Both the position numbers and the translations under genes were made by a program. Source: Eremomyces bilateralis CBS 781.70 (lineage: Eukaryota). From it: a stretch of 64,000 nucleotides of DNA. Positions 1 to 11,072 of this stretch are shown here, in pieces (the stretch's first letter is position 1; each line of letters starts with the position of its first letter). The notes under the pieces were generated by a model, which saw only the letters and a list, made by a program, of their open reading frames with translations, was not told the origin of the DNA and did no database searches. The stretch lies in NCBI GenBank assembly GCA_010015585.1, contig ML975151.1; one strand, 5' to 3'.

Positions 1-271
1 TACTATATCTATCCTCTATCTGCCGTCTGTACAGTGACGTGAATCGCGCTTCGGTAGCCTCGAGGACTGCATCGTACTGTACCAATGCCGTGAATGCTTT
101 TCTAACCCGGCTGGTGCCATGTTCCCAAGTCATCCAAGGGTTCATTGGTTGCAGTCGCAAATCGACCTATATTGCCTCTCTAAATCAGTCTTCAACCACA
201 CCCAAGATCACATCTCTGGCACCACCAAGCCCACCAGAACCGTCATATTTTGGGCCTCTGGTCTCCTTCCT

Positions 272-1299
272 TCAAATCTTCTGCTTCCCCCTCGCCGCCT
301 TTCGCCTCTGCTTCATCATGTGCGTATACATGACATAGCTCCCGGGCACATAGATCGCCAGAATTGCATACAGCGCCGCGGGGAGGGCCGGATGCAGGTT
401 CCCCGCATCGGCGATGGCGGAGTAGATGCACGCGCACTCGGAGACGATGCCGAGCGGGTAGAGGATGAAGAACGTGTTGTACCTACAGAGTAAAGTCGTC
501 GTGAGTTCACGTTCGAATTCTATATGGAAAAACTCCGATCCCATCCATTTCCTCATGCAGGATTTTGGAAGGGATAGGAAAGATGAAGCTGGGTAAGACG
601 CACCGTAACCCTTGGATAAACCCAGGCACACCCCGCCCGGAGAGCTGGAACACGAAGTACGCGTACCGCACCACTTCGGTGATGCTCCACGCGAGCAGCA
701 TGGTCACATAGAAGGGGTTCGTGGAGGTCGCGCTGGGGATCCAATAGGCGATCGGCCAGACGAGGAGGATGCGGGAACCGATTTGTATCAGCGTGGTGAG
801 GAGGGCGGAGCGGACGAAGCCTGGGGTTGGTTAGCTGCGGTAAGGTTGCTATAGAGGAAAAATTGTAGTCGATATAGCTCGGCGTTATATACACATTAAG
901 TGACTTGTAGGGCATGGGGGATTGAAGTGCAATAATACAGAGGTTATGGCGCGTTGTTGCCAATGAGGAAAGAACCAAAAATAAAAATTGACTGTACAAG
1001 GAAATTTCTCTTGGAAGCATCGACTCGAGACTTGATTTTGACATATTCCTTAGGACCAATTCAAACATTGCCGAAGTAGAAATAAAATCCCAATTCCAAT
1101 ACATACCGAATAGCACGTGTCCAATCTCCAACATCATCGCGCTCTGCGTCCACCGCACAAACTCCTCATTCACCTCGTACACATGCCGCCAACCTGCGAC
1201 CTGCGTAATCAGCACCACGCGCACCAGCACGGCGAACCATGCGAGCAGGGAGAGGAAGTTGTAGAGCTGGAGATACGCGGTTTTGTAGGTGGTCGCCAT
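272..1299 (-). CDS. PHS1: Very-long-chain 3-hydroxyacyl-CoA dehydratase (PTPLA/Phs1), 3 exons
   Basis: Spliced exons ~1299-1107, 820-604, 482-272 give YLQLYN..W, TQS..LEI.H, QIGSRI, LLAWSITEVVRY.YF, LRYNTFFILYPLG..SE, IYVPGSYVMYTHMMKQRRK, all typical of Phs1. GT-AG introns. Confidence 0.95.
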
Positions 1300-1728
1300 G
1301 GTGGGTGAGGGTGGAAGGGTCCCCGGTAGTCGAAGGGGGAAGGGAAGGGAGGTTTATTAGTGGAATTGGTTGGATGGAATGATGGTCCGTTTGGGCATGG
1401 CACACGGAGGAATTATCTTTTATGTGGTGGGCAATTGAACAAATGCAGACGATTGGAAAGTTGGCGTCGTGAAGAGCTTGTTTGGGAGACAGGGATTCCG
1501 GTTTAGGACGATCGACAAGAAGTTCATCGGACGGGGTTGGGCTGAAAGGGAGCGTCTTGGCGATATGGTAGACGTCAATCATTATTTCTTAATCCATTCA
1601 ATAATGTCTCAACTTATTATCTATTTATCTCAACCTATTATTTTAATCTCGTTCTTTGCAGACATTTAGTGAGTATAATGACTGAACACTTCTATCTCGA
1701 TATCTCGCAGGTCATGGATTCTCCACAA

Positions 1729-2700
1729 CTAGTACCATACACAATCAGAGTACAAATCTTTGAAATGCCACGCTAGAGAGGCCTGCCTACAAAATTGGCT
1801 GATGTACACCCAGCCGTGGTTACTACCACACATAGAGTCAACAGTTAATGCTGTAAGCGCCCTTTCACTCTTCATTACATCCATGTACTCAGCTCCTCCA
1901 AGCCTTGAAGCAAAATCATACCACCAATTATCCGTCGGACAGAATCTCATCGCCGTTGTAAACTCCCAATACGTAGGATACCAGCCGGCGGACTCCCAGT
2001 CGATGAACCCCGAAACATGGTCTTTGTAGACCATTATATTGGGCTACTTTAGATAACCATGCGTGAAGACGATGTCGTGGTGCTTGGACTCCATCTTTTT
2101 CGCAATAGCAAGGCTCTCGTCCTTCAATTCTCGATTCGGGAATCCATGAAATCCAGGACCAGTCGAGGGCTTGAGGAGGCAGTTGTTGAATTCGGATTCA
2201 TCTTCGCATGGCCCGATCAAATGACTGGGAGCACGCACACTTCTGATGGGTCCCCAAACAATAGAGCAGATGCGTTCATCCTTCCAAGGACTGGGCCAAT
2301 CCCGCATAACATGTAGCATGGTCTGCAGCTCTGTGAATATGCTTTCTCGCTCTTCATCACTGAGGTCCTTGTAAGCCTCTCCAAACTCCTTTCCCGGTAA
2401 ACGAGTCATGAGAATAGATACCGGTGCGAGTGGACAGTCGGGATGACCTCCGTAGGAAATAACCTTTGGCATTGGAAAGCTAGCGGAACGAGCAACTCTC
2501 ATCGCCGTAACCTCCTCAAGTCGAGTGCTATCGAACCATTTGAGTACCAACCTGAATGGGAGCCGGACAATTTGATTATCGAATTTGATCCCAGTCTAAG
2601 GGCAATAATAACGATAGGAGAAGGGAACAAGGTAAGAATGGACAATACCCAAGAGTCGGCAGACAATTCAATGAGCAAGCCGTCCTGGCTGCGGACAACT
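1729..2700 (-). pseudogene. APH/choline-kinase-like phosphotransferase pseudogene
   Basis: One reading frame: RLPF.LVLK..EEVTAMRVAR..PKVISYG..ILMTRLPG..VFTHGYLK*PNIMV..GFIDWESAGWYPTYWE. In-frame stops at 2044-2046 (TAG), 2596-2598 (TAG) and 2668-2670 (TGA). Catalytic HGD reads HGY. The 5' limit is approximate. Confidence 0.85.
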
Positions 2701-3401
2701 CGAACTCAGCAGGACCGCTCCGAGAAGGTGATGAGATCCAGTGAAGTTTGGGAGGAATATCCTTGGGATTAGGTAGTGTAGCCACCCCACATGGGATACA
2801 ACAGGAATTCAAACATCGCTCGAGGAACAGTAGGCCAAAAATCGGTAACGACGAGAGATGAAAGATTGCAACAAGATAGGAGCGGTAAAACGCCGAATAT
2901 AAAACATATTCGTGAGTCGTAAATCGAGACACCTCGGAAGTTTCGAGGATTAACTACTGGTAGCCTTATTTTTGAAAGGGTTCATTTTCTAAAATATGTC
3001 TGCCTATGATAGGGATCTGGCGCACGCTGGGAGTGCTTCGAGCAGAAAGTTCGATCATGAGTTGGGGATCACTGCATTGTGGCTCAATTGTACTGAGAAG
3101 TGGGTGGCTATTGTCCGCGGCGCAATTGCTGCGTGGTTAGACAGAATGGCAATATTTAAACGTATGTTGTGTCCTACCTTTAGGGTATAGTAGAGTAATT
3201 TCATGTTATATGGTAGTTTATTTGTACAATGCTCAGTTAACTCGAGACATTGAGCTTGGTCCCCTGATAAATCGGCCATTCCTATGCTCAAGTTCCATGA
3301 ATATCTTAGAAATACACTGCGCAGAAGACACCGAGCAATGAACCTCTCTCATGTATTGGGGATCGGCAATATCACCCGAGATCGAACAAGCGAGTCAAGT
3401 C

Positions 3402-4955
3402 TCATCGTCTATGCTCATGGCCGCAGTCGTGTCCCGCAGCTGGGGGACCAGCTCCTGGGCGACCACTTGGAGAACCACTTGGAGAACCGCCAGGGGAGCC
3501 ACTTGCGGAGCCACCTTCTGTGCCTGGGAGACCACTTGGTGAGCCACTCGGGACGGCTCCTGGGACGCCAGGGGGGAAAACCCCTGGGACTCCGGTTGGA
3601 ACGCCACCTGGGAAACCACCTGGGAAACCACCAGTTGGGAAACCACCCGGGAAACCGCCTGGGAAACCACCAGTTGGGAAACCCCCTGGGAAGCCACCGG
3701 GGGGACCTCCTAGGCCTCCTGGGAAACCGGCATTTTCGTTCAGCTTGCATCCGTCATCTCCACACTCTGCCGCGGCCATCACGTTTTCCCTGGAGTAGGT
3801 AGTATCAACGCCCACGGTAATCCACGAGAAGATACCATCAGCCGCGGTATCTCCGAGGTACACGTACTCCATGACTGGGTCATGTTGCCCGCTGGCAGTC
3901 TGCGCCATGATTCCATCTTGTTCATTTGTGGTGAGGCGCGCAGTGTTGGTGTTGTACGGCGCATTGGCCTCGACCTCGCCGATGAGGGACTGGTCGAAGA
4001 AGAGCTGGCCGACGTGGGAGACGTTGCCTTGGGTGATGCGGTTGTTGGCGAGCTTCTCGTAGTTGAGGTGGGTCATCACTTTCGGTCAGTTAGTATTTTC
4101 GCCTCTGCGGGAAGAAAGGAGGGAGAAAAACTAACCGTGGATATGGACGGCGCGGCCCGTGTAGTGGCCTGGGAACTTCGACTCGAACGTGACAACACCG
4201 TCGTCGCTTGTGATTTGGATTCCACGCAAGGCAGTCTTGTTGATGAGGGTCGTGTCAGCCTCGTCGCCATTCCCCATGAACCCGCCGGCTGCGACGCCGC
4301 CGTACACTCCTGTGGCGTTACAGTGCCAGAAGTCAATGGCGGCGTCGGGAATGGGTTCACAGGTATTGATATCAATGAACTGAATGTCGGTAATGAGGTC
4401 GACACCCTCTTCCTGTTCGACCAGGTTAGACCGGATAACCTCACCCGAGACGTCTGTTGGTTGTCAGTGTCTGATTCTGAGCCGAAGTGTCTATTAAACT
4501 TACAGTATGGACCTTCTGTCGTCTCAGGTGCCAGCACCGTCTCATTGTTGCTGCCGAAGATCGCCTCCACAGACGCTTCCGGCGTGATATTAGTGCCGTT
4601 GTAGCGATGGTTGGTGGACAGCACTTGGCTAAGGTCGCGGGCATGGAGCATGTCCCCTATTTTCCGCGTCAGTCATTTTCGTCCATGCTTTTGCCAACAA
4701 CCTGCACCGCTCACTCCTTGAAAGGCGACGCTTCAGGCGGTGTTCATTAATGAGGGCATTTCTCCTCGCCGCCAATTTCCCACTAACTCCCCGCGCCTTG
4801 AGCTGCTCGGAACAGGCGTCGACCGCTCGCGGTCCGATTGACGCCATGAACTCATTGCGCACGCGCAGCTCTTTGGCGACATCGCCATGAGCGTGAGCTG
4901 CCTCGAACAAGATGGCTGCTTGCAGCACAGCTGCAAGCGGCAGGAACTTGACCAT
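3402..4955 (-). CDS. Secreted intradiol ring-cleavage dioxygenase-like protein with C-terminal GGFP repeat tail, 4 exons
   Basis: Signal-peptide-like start MVKFLPLAAVLQAAILFEAAHA. Motifs TEGPYYV, IDINTCEP, DFWHCNATGVY, LRGIQ, FPGHYTGRAVHIH (Fe ligands Y,Y,H,H), HVGQLFFDQSL. Introns ~4657-4714, ~4454-4503, ~4079-4135. Confidence 0.9.
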
Positions 4956-5959
4956 ATCGTCTAAATTCTCGTGGTGAAGGATTGGTAGGGAGTCCCTAAA
5001 AAACGAGCCAATAAGTTGACGAAGAGAATCGAATGCGACAAGTCTCTTGATGACTTCACATTTCAATCATCCATACACGGAGGGTAGTGTCATTAAAATA
5101 CCCAAGCATATATTAGAGTCTGAACGACCCCATCGGCCCATCCTAGGATGAGGCATGCAAAGAGTTGGGTATCACCCCATCACCGACAAGGTCGATCAGA
5201 TTAGCAGCCAATACAGTGGCAGCTTGCGTAATCTGGAGCCATGGACGGAGCCATTTCCCCTGATGAGGAGGAAGATCGTGATGTTCGCATCAGGATCTAC
5301 GTTTCGACCCCTTGGCTGCTAACGAATCAACGACCGACAGACGTTTGGATCTTGGGACTAGCCGTTGCGCAAGAGTGCTCGCAATTTAGGGAATCAAAAC
5401 GCGTCAGCCCTCTTGATGACAAGAACGGCGTGGCCGGCGAAACAATATCGACTGGGTGCGGCAGAGATATGACGGCAATCTATGTCAAGCTGGTCTGGCG
5501 TTTCATGATATCAGAATCGGCCCGGAACCAGTGTGCAATTGTAGGGATTTAACTTAATATCAATGGGTTAGCGGACAGCGGCTCTAAAGTCAATAAGCTT
5601 CTCTCGGCATTTATACTTTATATTGACCTTTCAACGAACACGTGAAGCCTCTCTCGACTGAAAGTGATCGTCATGTTTCAAGTTCGAAGTTTCAACGGCC
5701 TCCCAATCTCGCACAATAGGAACAGCTGCGGGGTTAGAGATCTTCGCAAAGCTGAAAAGTATTTAACACCTGATACATTCTAGAAAGAAGCTAGGTTCGA
5801 TGACTTCGATTTTCCTATCTGCGGCTAACCAAAGCTAACGAAGAGGAGAAAACAAGGGAGAATTATTACAGACCTCAGATGCTGTTGGCGATGCCAATCG
5901 CTGATAATTACTGCAGCAGCGGCCAATCACGATCAATCAATTTGATCATACTTTAAGGT

Positions 5960-6201
5960 CCCTCCGGGGGAGACGAAATTGAGTTACGTTTCTTGGCATT
6001 CCCCTATGCACAGTTCCCACGATCTTAACCAGAACGCGGCGGAGAATTCACCAAAACAGACCTCTAGTAGTTGCTTAGTTAGGAAAAGAGTATACTTTTT
6101 GGTATTATGCTGTTTTTGAGCGAATTGGGCCTGCCTGTGATGGTGGTGATGGTTGGGGGAATGCCAAGAGACGTAACTCAATTTCGCCCCCCCCCGGAGG
6201 G
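5960..6201. mobile_element. MITE-like element with ~45 bp terminal inverted repeats
   Basis: ccctccgggggagacgaaattgagttacgtttcttggcattcccc (5960-6004) is nearly the reverse complement of ggggaatgccaagagacgtaactcaatttcgcccccccccggaggg (~6156-6201). Non-coding interior. No clear TSD. Confidence 0.7.
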
Positions 6202-6736
6202 TCAAGTGCCTGAGGCCAATATACTATGGATATGGGTGCCTTACCTCACCACCTGCACTTGACTCAGACTTGCTCGCTCACTCACTGAGGATACGACAGA
6301 TACCACCATCAATCAGATATGCGTATCAGGGTGTGCAGTTATGCCTAACGTCTTAGAGTCGAACCGCTTACGAAGTTAAATCAAATAATAAATTCATAAC
6401 ACAAAGCCAAGCGCCCAGCGATGACTATGCGATGGGAAGTACCAAGGCACCAGCCCCAGGTGGCTACTCCCTGGTTCATCGATATCACATTCATTTGTTC
6501 CCATATCCGGGGTCGAGAGGTACGGAGTGAGCACTCCGTCGTTAAACATTCAATATAAATTGCTGGAAATAGTAGACCTCATTGGCATGGCTATAGCCCG
6601 GAAATGATGCGTCGTCTACCTAGGTAGCCTAGGAGACTTAAAAAGTGTGTCTATTAGACGCCTAGTCCCGCAAGTATGGATTGTCTTGGAGTAGGTCTAA
6701 TCTCTTCTCCGTGGCCAAGGAGACAAGTCATTCATT

Positions 6737-8274
6737 ATGATCCTTACTACTGTACTCGCTTGTCTCTTGACATTGAGTCCTGGCCTGGCTGCTCCTTTGG
6801 CTGATCCGCAGACTCACGACGACGGTGAAGGAGGTCACCCACCAGATGGCGTTCACCCACCGGAACCCAAAAAATGTACCGATATAGAGAAAAGAATACC
6901 ATGGTAAATTTCTCGTAAGATTTAACATGATGGTCTCGACACAGCCTGACAACATCACAGGCAAGCGTTGTCCAAGGAAGAGAAGAAGGCGTATATCAAT
7001 GCAGAGCTCTGCCTGATGGGCAAACCCTCCCAACTCGATCTCCCGGGAGCCGTGACCCGGTTCGACGACCTGGTCAAGCCGCATCAGATTCTCGCCGCCA
7101 CGATGCACGGCACCGGGTACTTCTTGCCTTTCCATCGCATGCTCATGCACACCCACGAGCACTTGCTGCGGACCGAGTGCGGTTACGAGGGTTATCAGCC
7201 GTACTGGGCGGAGGAATTGGACATCGGCAAGATCCAAGACTCGGACGTGTTTGATCCCGAAACGGGCTTCGGGGGTGGCGTTGTGGATCAGTTGGTCTGC
7301 GTCCCGGATGGTCCGTTCCAGAACTACACATTGCACACCGGTCCGGGCTTTCAGAACACAGAGTACTGCATCCAGCGCCGTTTCTCCAATGGTGCAACCC
7401 TGGGGGCTCGCCAGGAGTACATTGACCACTGCTACCAATGGGACAAGTTTGAACAGGCATGGCAGTGCATAGAAGATGGCGGTCCACATAACGGCTTCCA
7501 TGGCGGGGTGGGTGGCGTTATGCTTGTATGTGTTATGTCCTAACCCATCGGTCGAGACTGATACTAAGACTGAATTCTCTACAGAACCCCATTTCATCTC
7601 CCGGAGGTATGGCGTACGCACCGTCCATTTTACCGCGCTGACACTCCATAAGATCCGGTTTTCTATCTGCACCACACCTGGCTAGATAAGGTTTGGTGGG
7701 ATTGGTTCGTGCATCCCGATCACTCATTCACATATATCGCTAAGCTATGTTCAGGCAGAAACAAAAGCCAGAGCGCTTGTCCGACATTTCGGGCCGTAAA
7801 ACCTCTAGAAACCCCCTTTTCGGCGCGGGAAGCAATGGAACTGCGCCGCCATTTCCAGGTACGCCCGGATTTCTTTGCCATCCGGACGGCTACTCTAGTA
7901 GGAGAAGGAAAACTGCTAACAGCTGCTCATCTCATAGGATTCCCCGGTGGACTCCCTGATAGATTTCCTAGCTTTCCAGGCAACTTCAGCTTTCCGGGCA
8001 ACTTCACCTTCCCGGGGGGGTTCCCGGGAGGACCTGGAGGCAACCTCAGTGGTCCACCTACATGGAAGCCAACTGATGAGGTGGTAACTGATCCTGTCAA
8101 GCTTGGTGACATATTAACCGTGTTCGACCTTATCCCCAATACCACTATATCCAACTTGATGGATATCCAGGGCGGGTAAGTTCAGCATGTTGTGTTGGTT
8201 TCGTGGCCTGGGCTGACACCGTTAGATACTTTTGTTATGAGTACATTGACTATGCGGATGCTGTCAAGCGTTAA
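6737..8274 (+). CDS. Secreted tyrosinase / type-3 di-copper oxidase (UstQ-like subfamily) with an FPG-repeat insert, 7 exons
   Basis: Signal-peptide-like start MILTTVLACLLTLSPGLAA. C..KRIPWQAL..EKKAYINAELCL; CuA H..H..FLPFHR, ECGYEGYQPYW; CuB [33 protein letters not shown]; end MDIQGGYFCYEY. Six GT-AG introns inferred; TAA at 8272-8274. Confidence 0.9.
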
Positions 8275-8712
8275 GCACTGGTCGTGGTTCGGTAAATCGT
8301 TCTACGGTCACTGGTTTGACACTTGCTTGTGGGAAAATGGCTGCCAAAATCATAGTGTAGATCTTGATATTGAATGGAGGATGTGGGGGTTTATAGCTGA
8401 ATTGATCTATCATATGCTGTTTAAAAAATTGAAATGGCTGCTTTCCAGACCCAAACGTTGCTAAGACATTGCAAAACAGGGACATCAGTCGGGCCAGTGA
8501 CACCTGTCCGGTAGTTTGCTAGCGAGAGTATCTCCAACCATATTCATAACGCTCAAATACCCGTATATACCGAAATTAGAGAGGTTCCCTTCAAGTACGA
8601 AAAGTCATCGATACTCGTGATTTTGATCCTCATGTCATGTAACATCATCATCAAGCTGATCGAAAACCCTTCGAGGTGTCTGATAACACCTCAAGCCCGG
8701 TCGCTGGCGCAC

Positions 8713-11072
8713 TCATTGAAAGGAAAATTCCACCTGGCCGGGAAAGTCCTCCCAGAACATCAGCGTGGCATCCGTCGCCACCGTGTCAAAGTCAACCATT
8801 TCAAGATCGTAATTCGAGAAATCGAACAAATTCACATCTCCCGGCCACGTTTCCGCGATCGGTGCGGAGGGGCCTACCTGATATGCGTCCGGTGGAACGG
8901 TGGGAATGATGTCTGGTGGCTGCAGCATTTGCTGTGCAGGAGGCTGTAGAATTGGCATTGCGGGCACAGTAGACCCATGCCGTATTACGGAGTCGAGGGC
9001 GAGCGGTTGGGTTGGTGGAGAAACGGAGCGTTTGGCAATAGCGGGTGAAGAGGTGCTTTGCGGTTGTGGAGGGGAGACTTGGTATCCAGTTGGTGATGGC
9101 ATCTGGCATATGTGAGCACGGTCATTCGGACAAGAAAGGGACACGGAACAACGAGAGAAATAGTGGACGGTACTTACAGCGCTGGCTTGAATTTCGGATA
9201 ATGGAGATGGTTCGTCTGCACTACTACTCGCCTGCGGACTGAGGGCTTGTTGAACGGCACCGTAATCCACGAGCGCTTCGCCAAGGGCGGACCGCTCGTC
9301 GGGAGAGACTCCCTCTTTTGGGTTCTGAACCTTGTGATAGAACGCTTGCATGCGCCTGATGGTCTCGAATTGCGCATCGGCCATCGGCCAATGGCCTTTC
9401 ATCTCTCTCAGAAATGAACATCCTCGGTTGACGCGCTCCTTCGCCCGGATGGTGACCGCCGGGTCGTCTTCTGAATCAGAGAAGTTGAGCTGATAGAGCA
9501 TGACGCCGATGGCCGTATAGATCGTGAAACCCGTCCAAGGGACCAAGCCACGGAGGAAGAATAGCCCAAAGCTTCGGATCTCCTCCATCATGTCGCAGAC
9601 CGTAACCGCCGTGTGGTATAACTGCCGTTTCGAGTACCGCTGCCACTCGATCCAGCTCGGATCGTCTTTGCCGGCCAAATAGTTCGGGAAGAGCTTCTGT
9701 TCGGACTGCGGGCCGAGAACCGGAACGTATTGTCGTTGCAGGAACATGACGCTCATAAAGTATATCGAATGCATATAGACGTATGCCTGCCCCTGGTCCA
9801 GCGCACTGTGTCCATGAAGCCCCGATTTACGATACTGCAATCGATGCGGGAGTGACGAGCGCCACTTTTCCAGCTGTTGTGTCAGGATCTGATACTTCGA
9901 ATCCGGATCCCAGGGTAATTGATCTTCTGCATCTCTAGAACAAGCCCATCGCGCAACGTCACCCCATATGTCAGCGACGCGCATGCTGTAGGCAATGAGG
10001 CCCAGTTCTCCGGTCGGAAATCCTAACGAGAGTCCGGAGTTATAACATCCAGGGCTCAATGACTCCGTTCGTACGGCCTCGCCAAAGACAAAGCTGTCTC
10101 TTTCGCAGGGCAATTGCACCTGCATTTCGTCCGCCGACAAGCCTCTCCTCCTCCCCTTCCCACCGCTGAGCAAGCTGTCCATTAAGAAACAGGTCCAGGC
10201 TGTTCGCCGCCTTTCTTCGCTTTCGATAAACTCTTCTTCGGTTAGGGTTTCCATGTCTTTGTATTCACCCTCCTCACAGAGCCGTAGCACCTGAACCATT
10301 CGGACGGCGAGCCCGAGGTACATCCAGGCTTTCTGGCCGTCTCCGGAGCCCCAACTGTGTCCGGTGATCATGAGAAGGGTTTGGATGGTGGTAAGGTCCG
10401 GTACCTCGAGGGAGAGTTGGAGAAGGTTGCGGGCATGAGCGGCGAAGGTGTTGCTGGCTTCGATGGGGGTAGAGAATGGTTCGGGGGCTCTTGTGGAAAA
10501 TCTGAATCGCACTCAGCTTCTTTCCTCGTCTTGAATTGCAGCAGGTTATACACGAACCTTATCGCCAGGGCCAGTATCGCCCATATCACGGCTGGCTCCA
10601 CCTCTTCCTTTCGGACCTTCTTCAACAAGGTCGGCGTATGCAAGAAACTCCACTTGTAGCTACATCTCAAATAACTGTTCTTCACCTCGTCCGTAAAATA
10701 TCTATACGGATTCACGTCCGTCAAATCCACATCCGTCCGCTTCGCCGGTATCCATCCGCCAACCACCTTTCCCTGGTGTTTCGGGTCGATGATGCTCGGC
10801 TTCCCACCATCCTCCCCATCCTGTTGTGGTCCCGGGGACGGTGGGTAATATGCCAATCGCCGGCCGCTGATCTCCCCACCGTCTCGCCCCGATTCTCGCT
10901 GTCGTCTTGCGCTTTTCGTCAGCCGGTGGTGCATGGAGGTGCCCGGCGGAGGAAAATAGCAGGTGTCGCCCCGTCCGAGCGCTCGGCAGCGGTCGCAGGG
11001 AGGGCGGGCGTCATGGTGGATGCATTGCCGCTTTGCGGTGCGGCATGGTGCGCAGGCGATAGGATTTCGCAT
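8713..11072 (-). CDS. Zn(II)2Cys6 transcription factor with Fungal_trans middle domain
   Basis: CAPCRTAKRQC..PPCDRC..TC binuclear cluster; SFLH.PT, TIQTLL, KAWMYLGLAVRM, EERRRTAWTCFLMDSLLS, QLPC. Introns ~10502-10557 and ~9103-9177. Confidence 0.92.

Noticed and set aside
821..1106. Long PHS1 intron as a snoRNA host
   Set aside because: No convincing C/D or H/ACA box arrangement seen.
3882..7675. Long ORFs 3882-4604 (+) and 6728-7675 (-)
   Set aside because: Antisense shadows of the dioxygenase and tyrosinase exons.
3402..11072. Ustiloxin/dikaritin-type RiPP cluster suggested by the UstQ-like tyrosinase
   Set aside because: No Kex2-delimited repeat precursor and no DUF3328/UstYa gene visible in the window.
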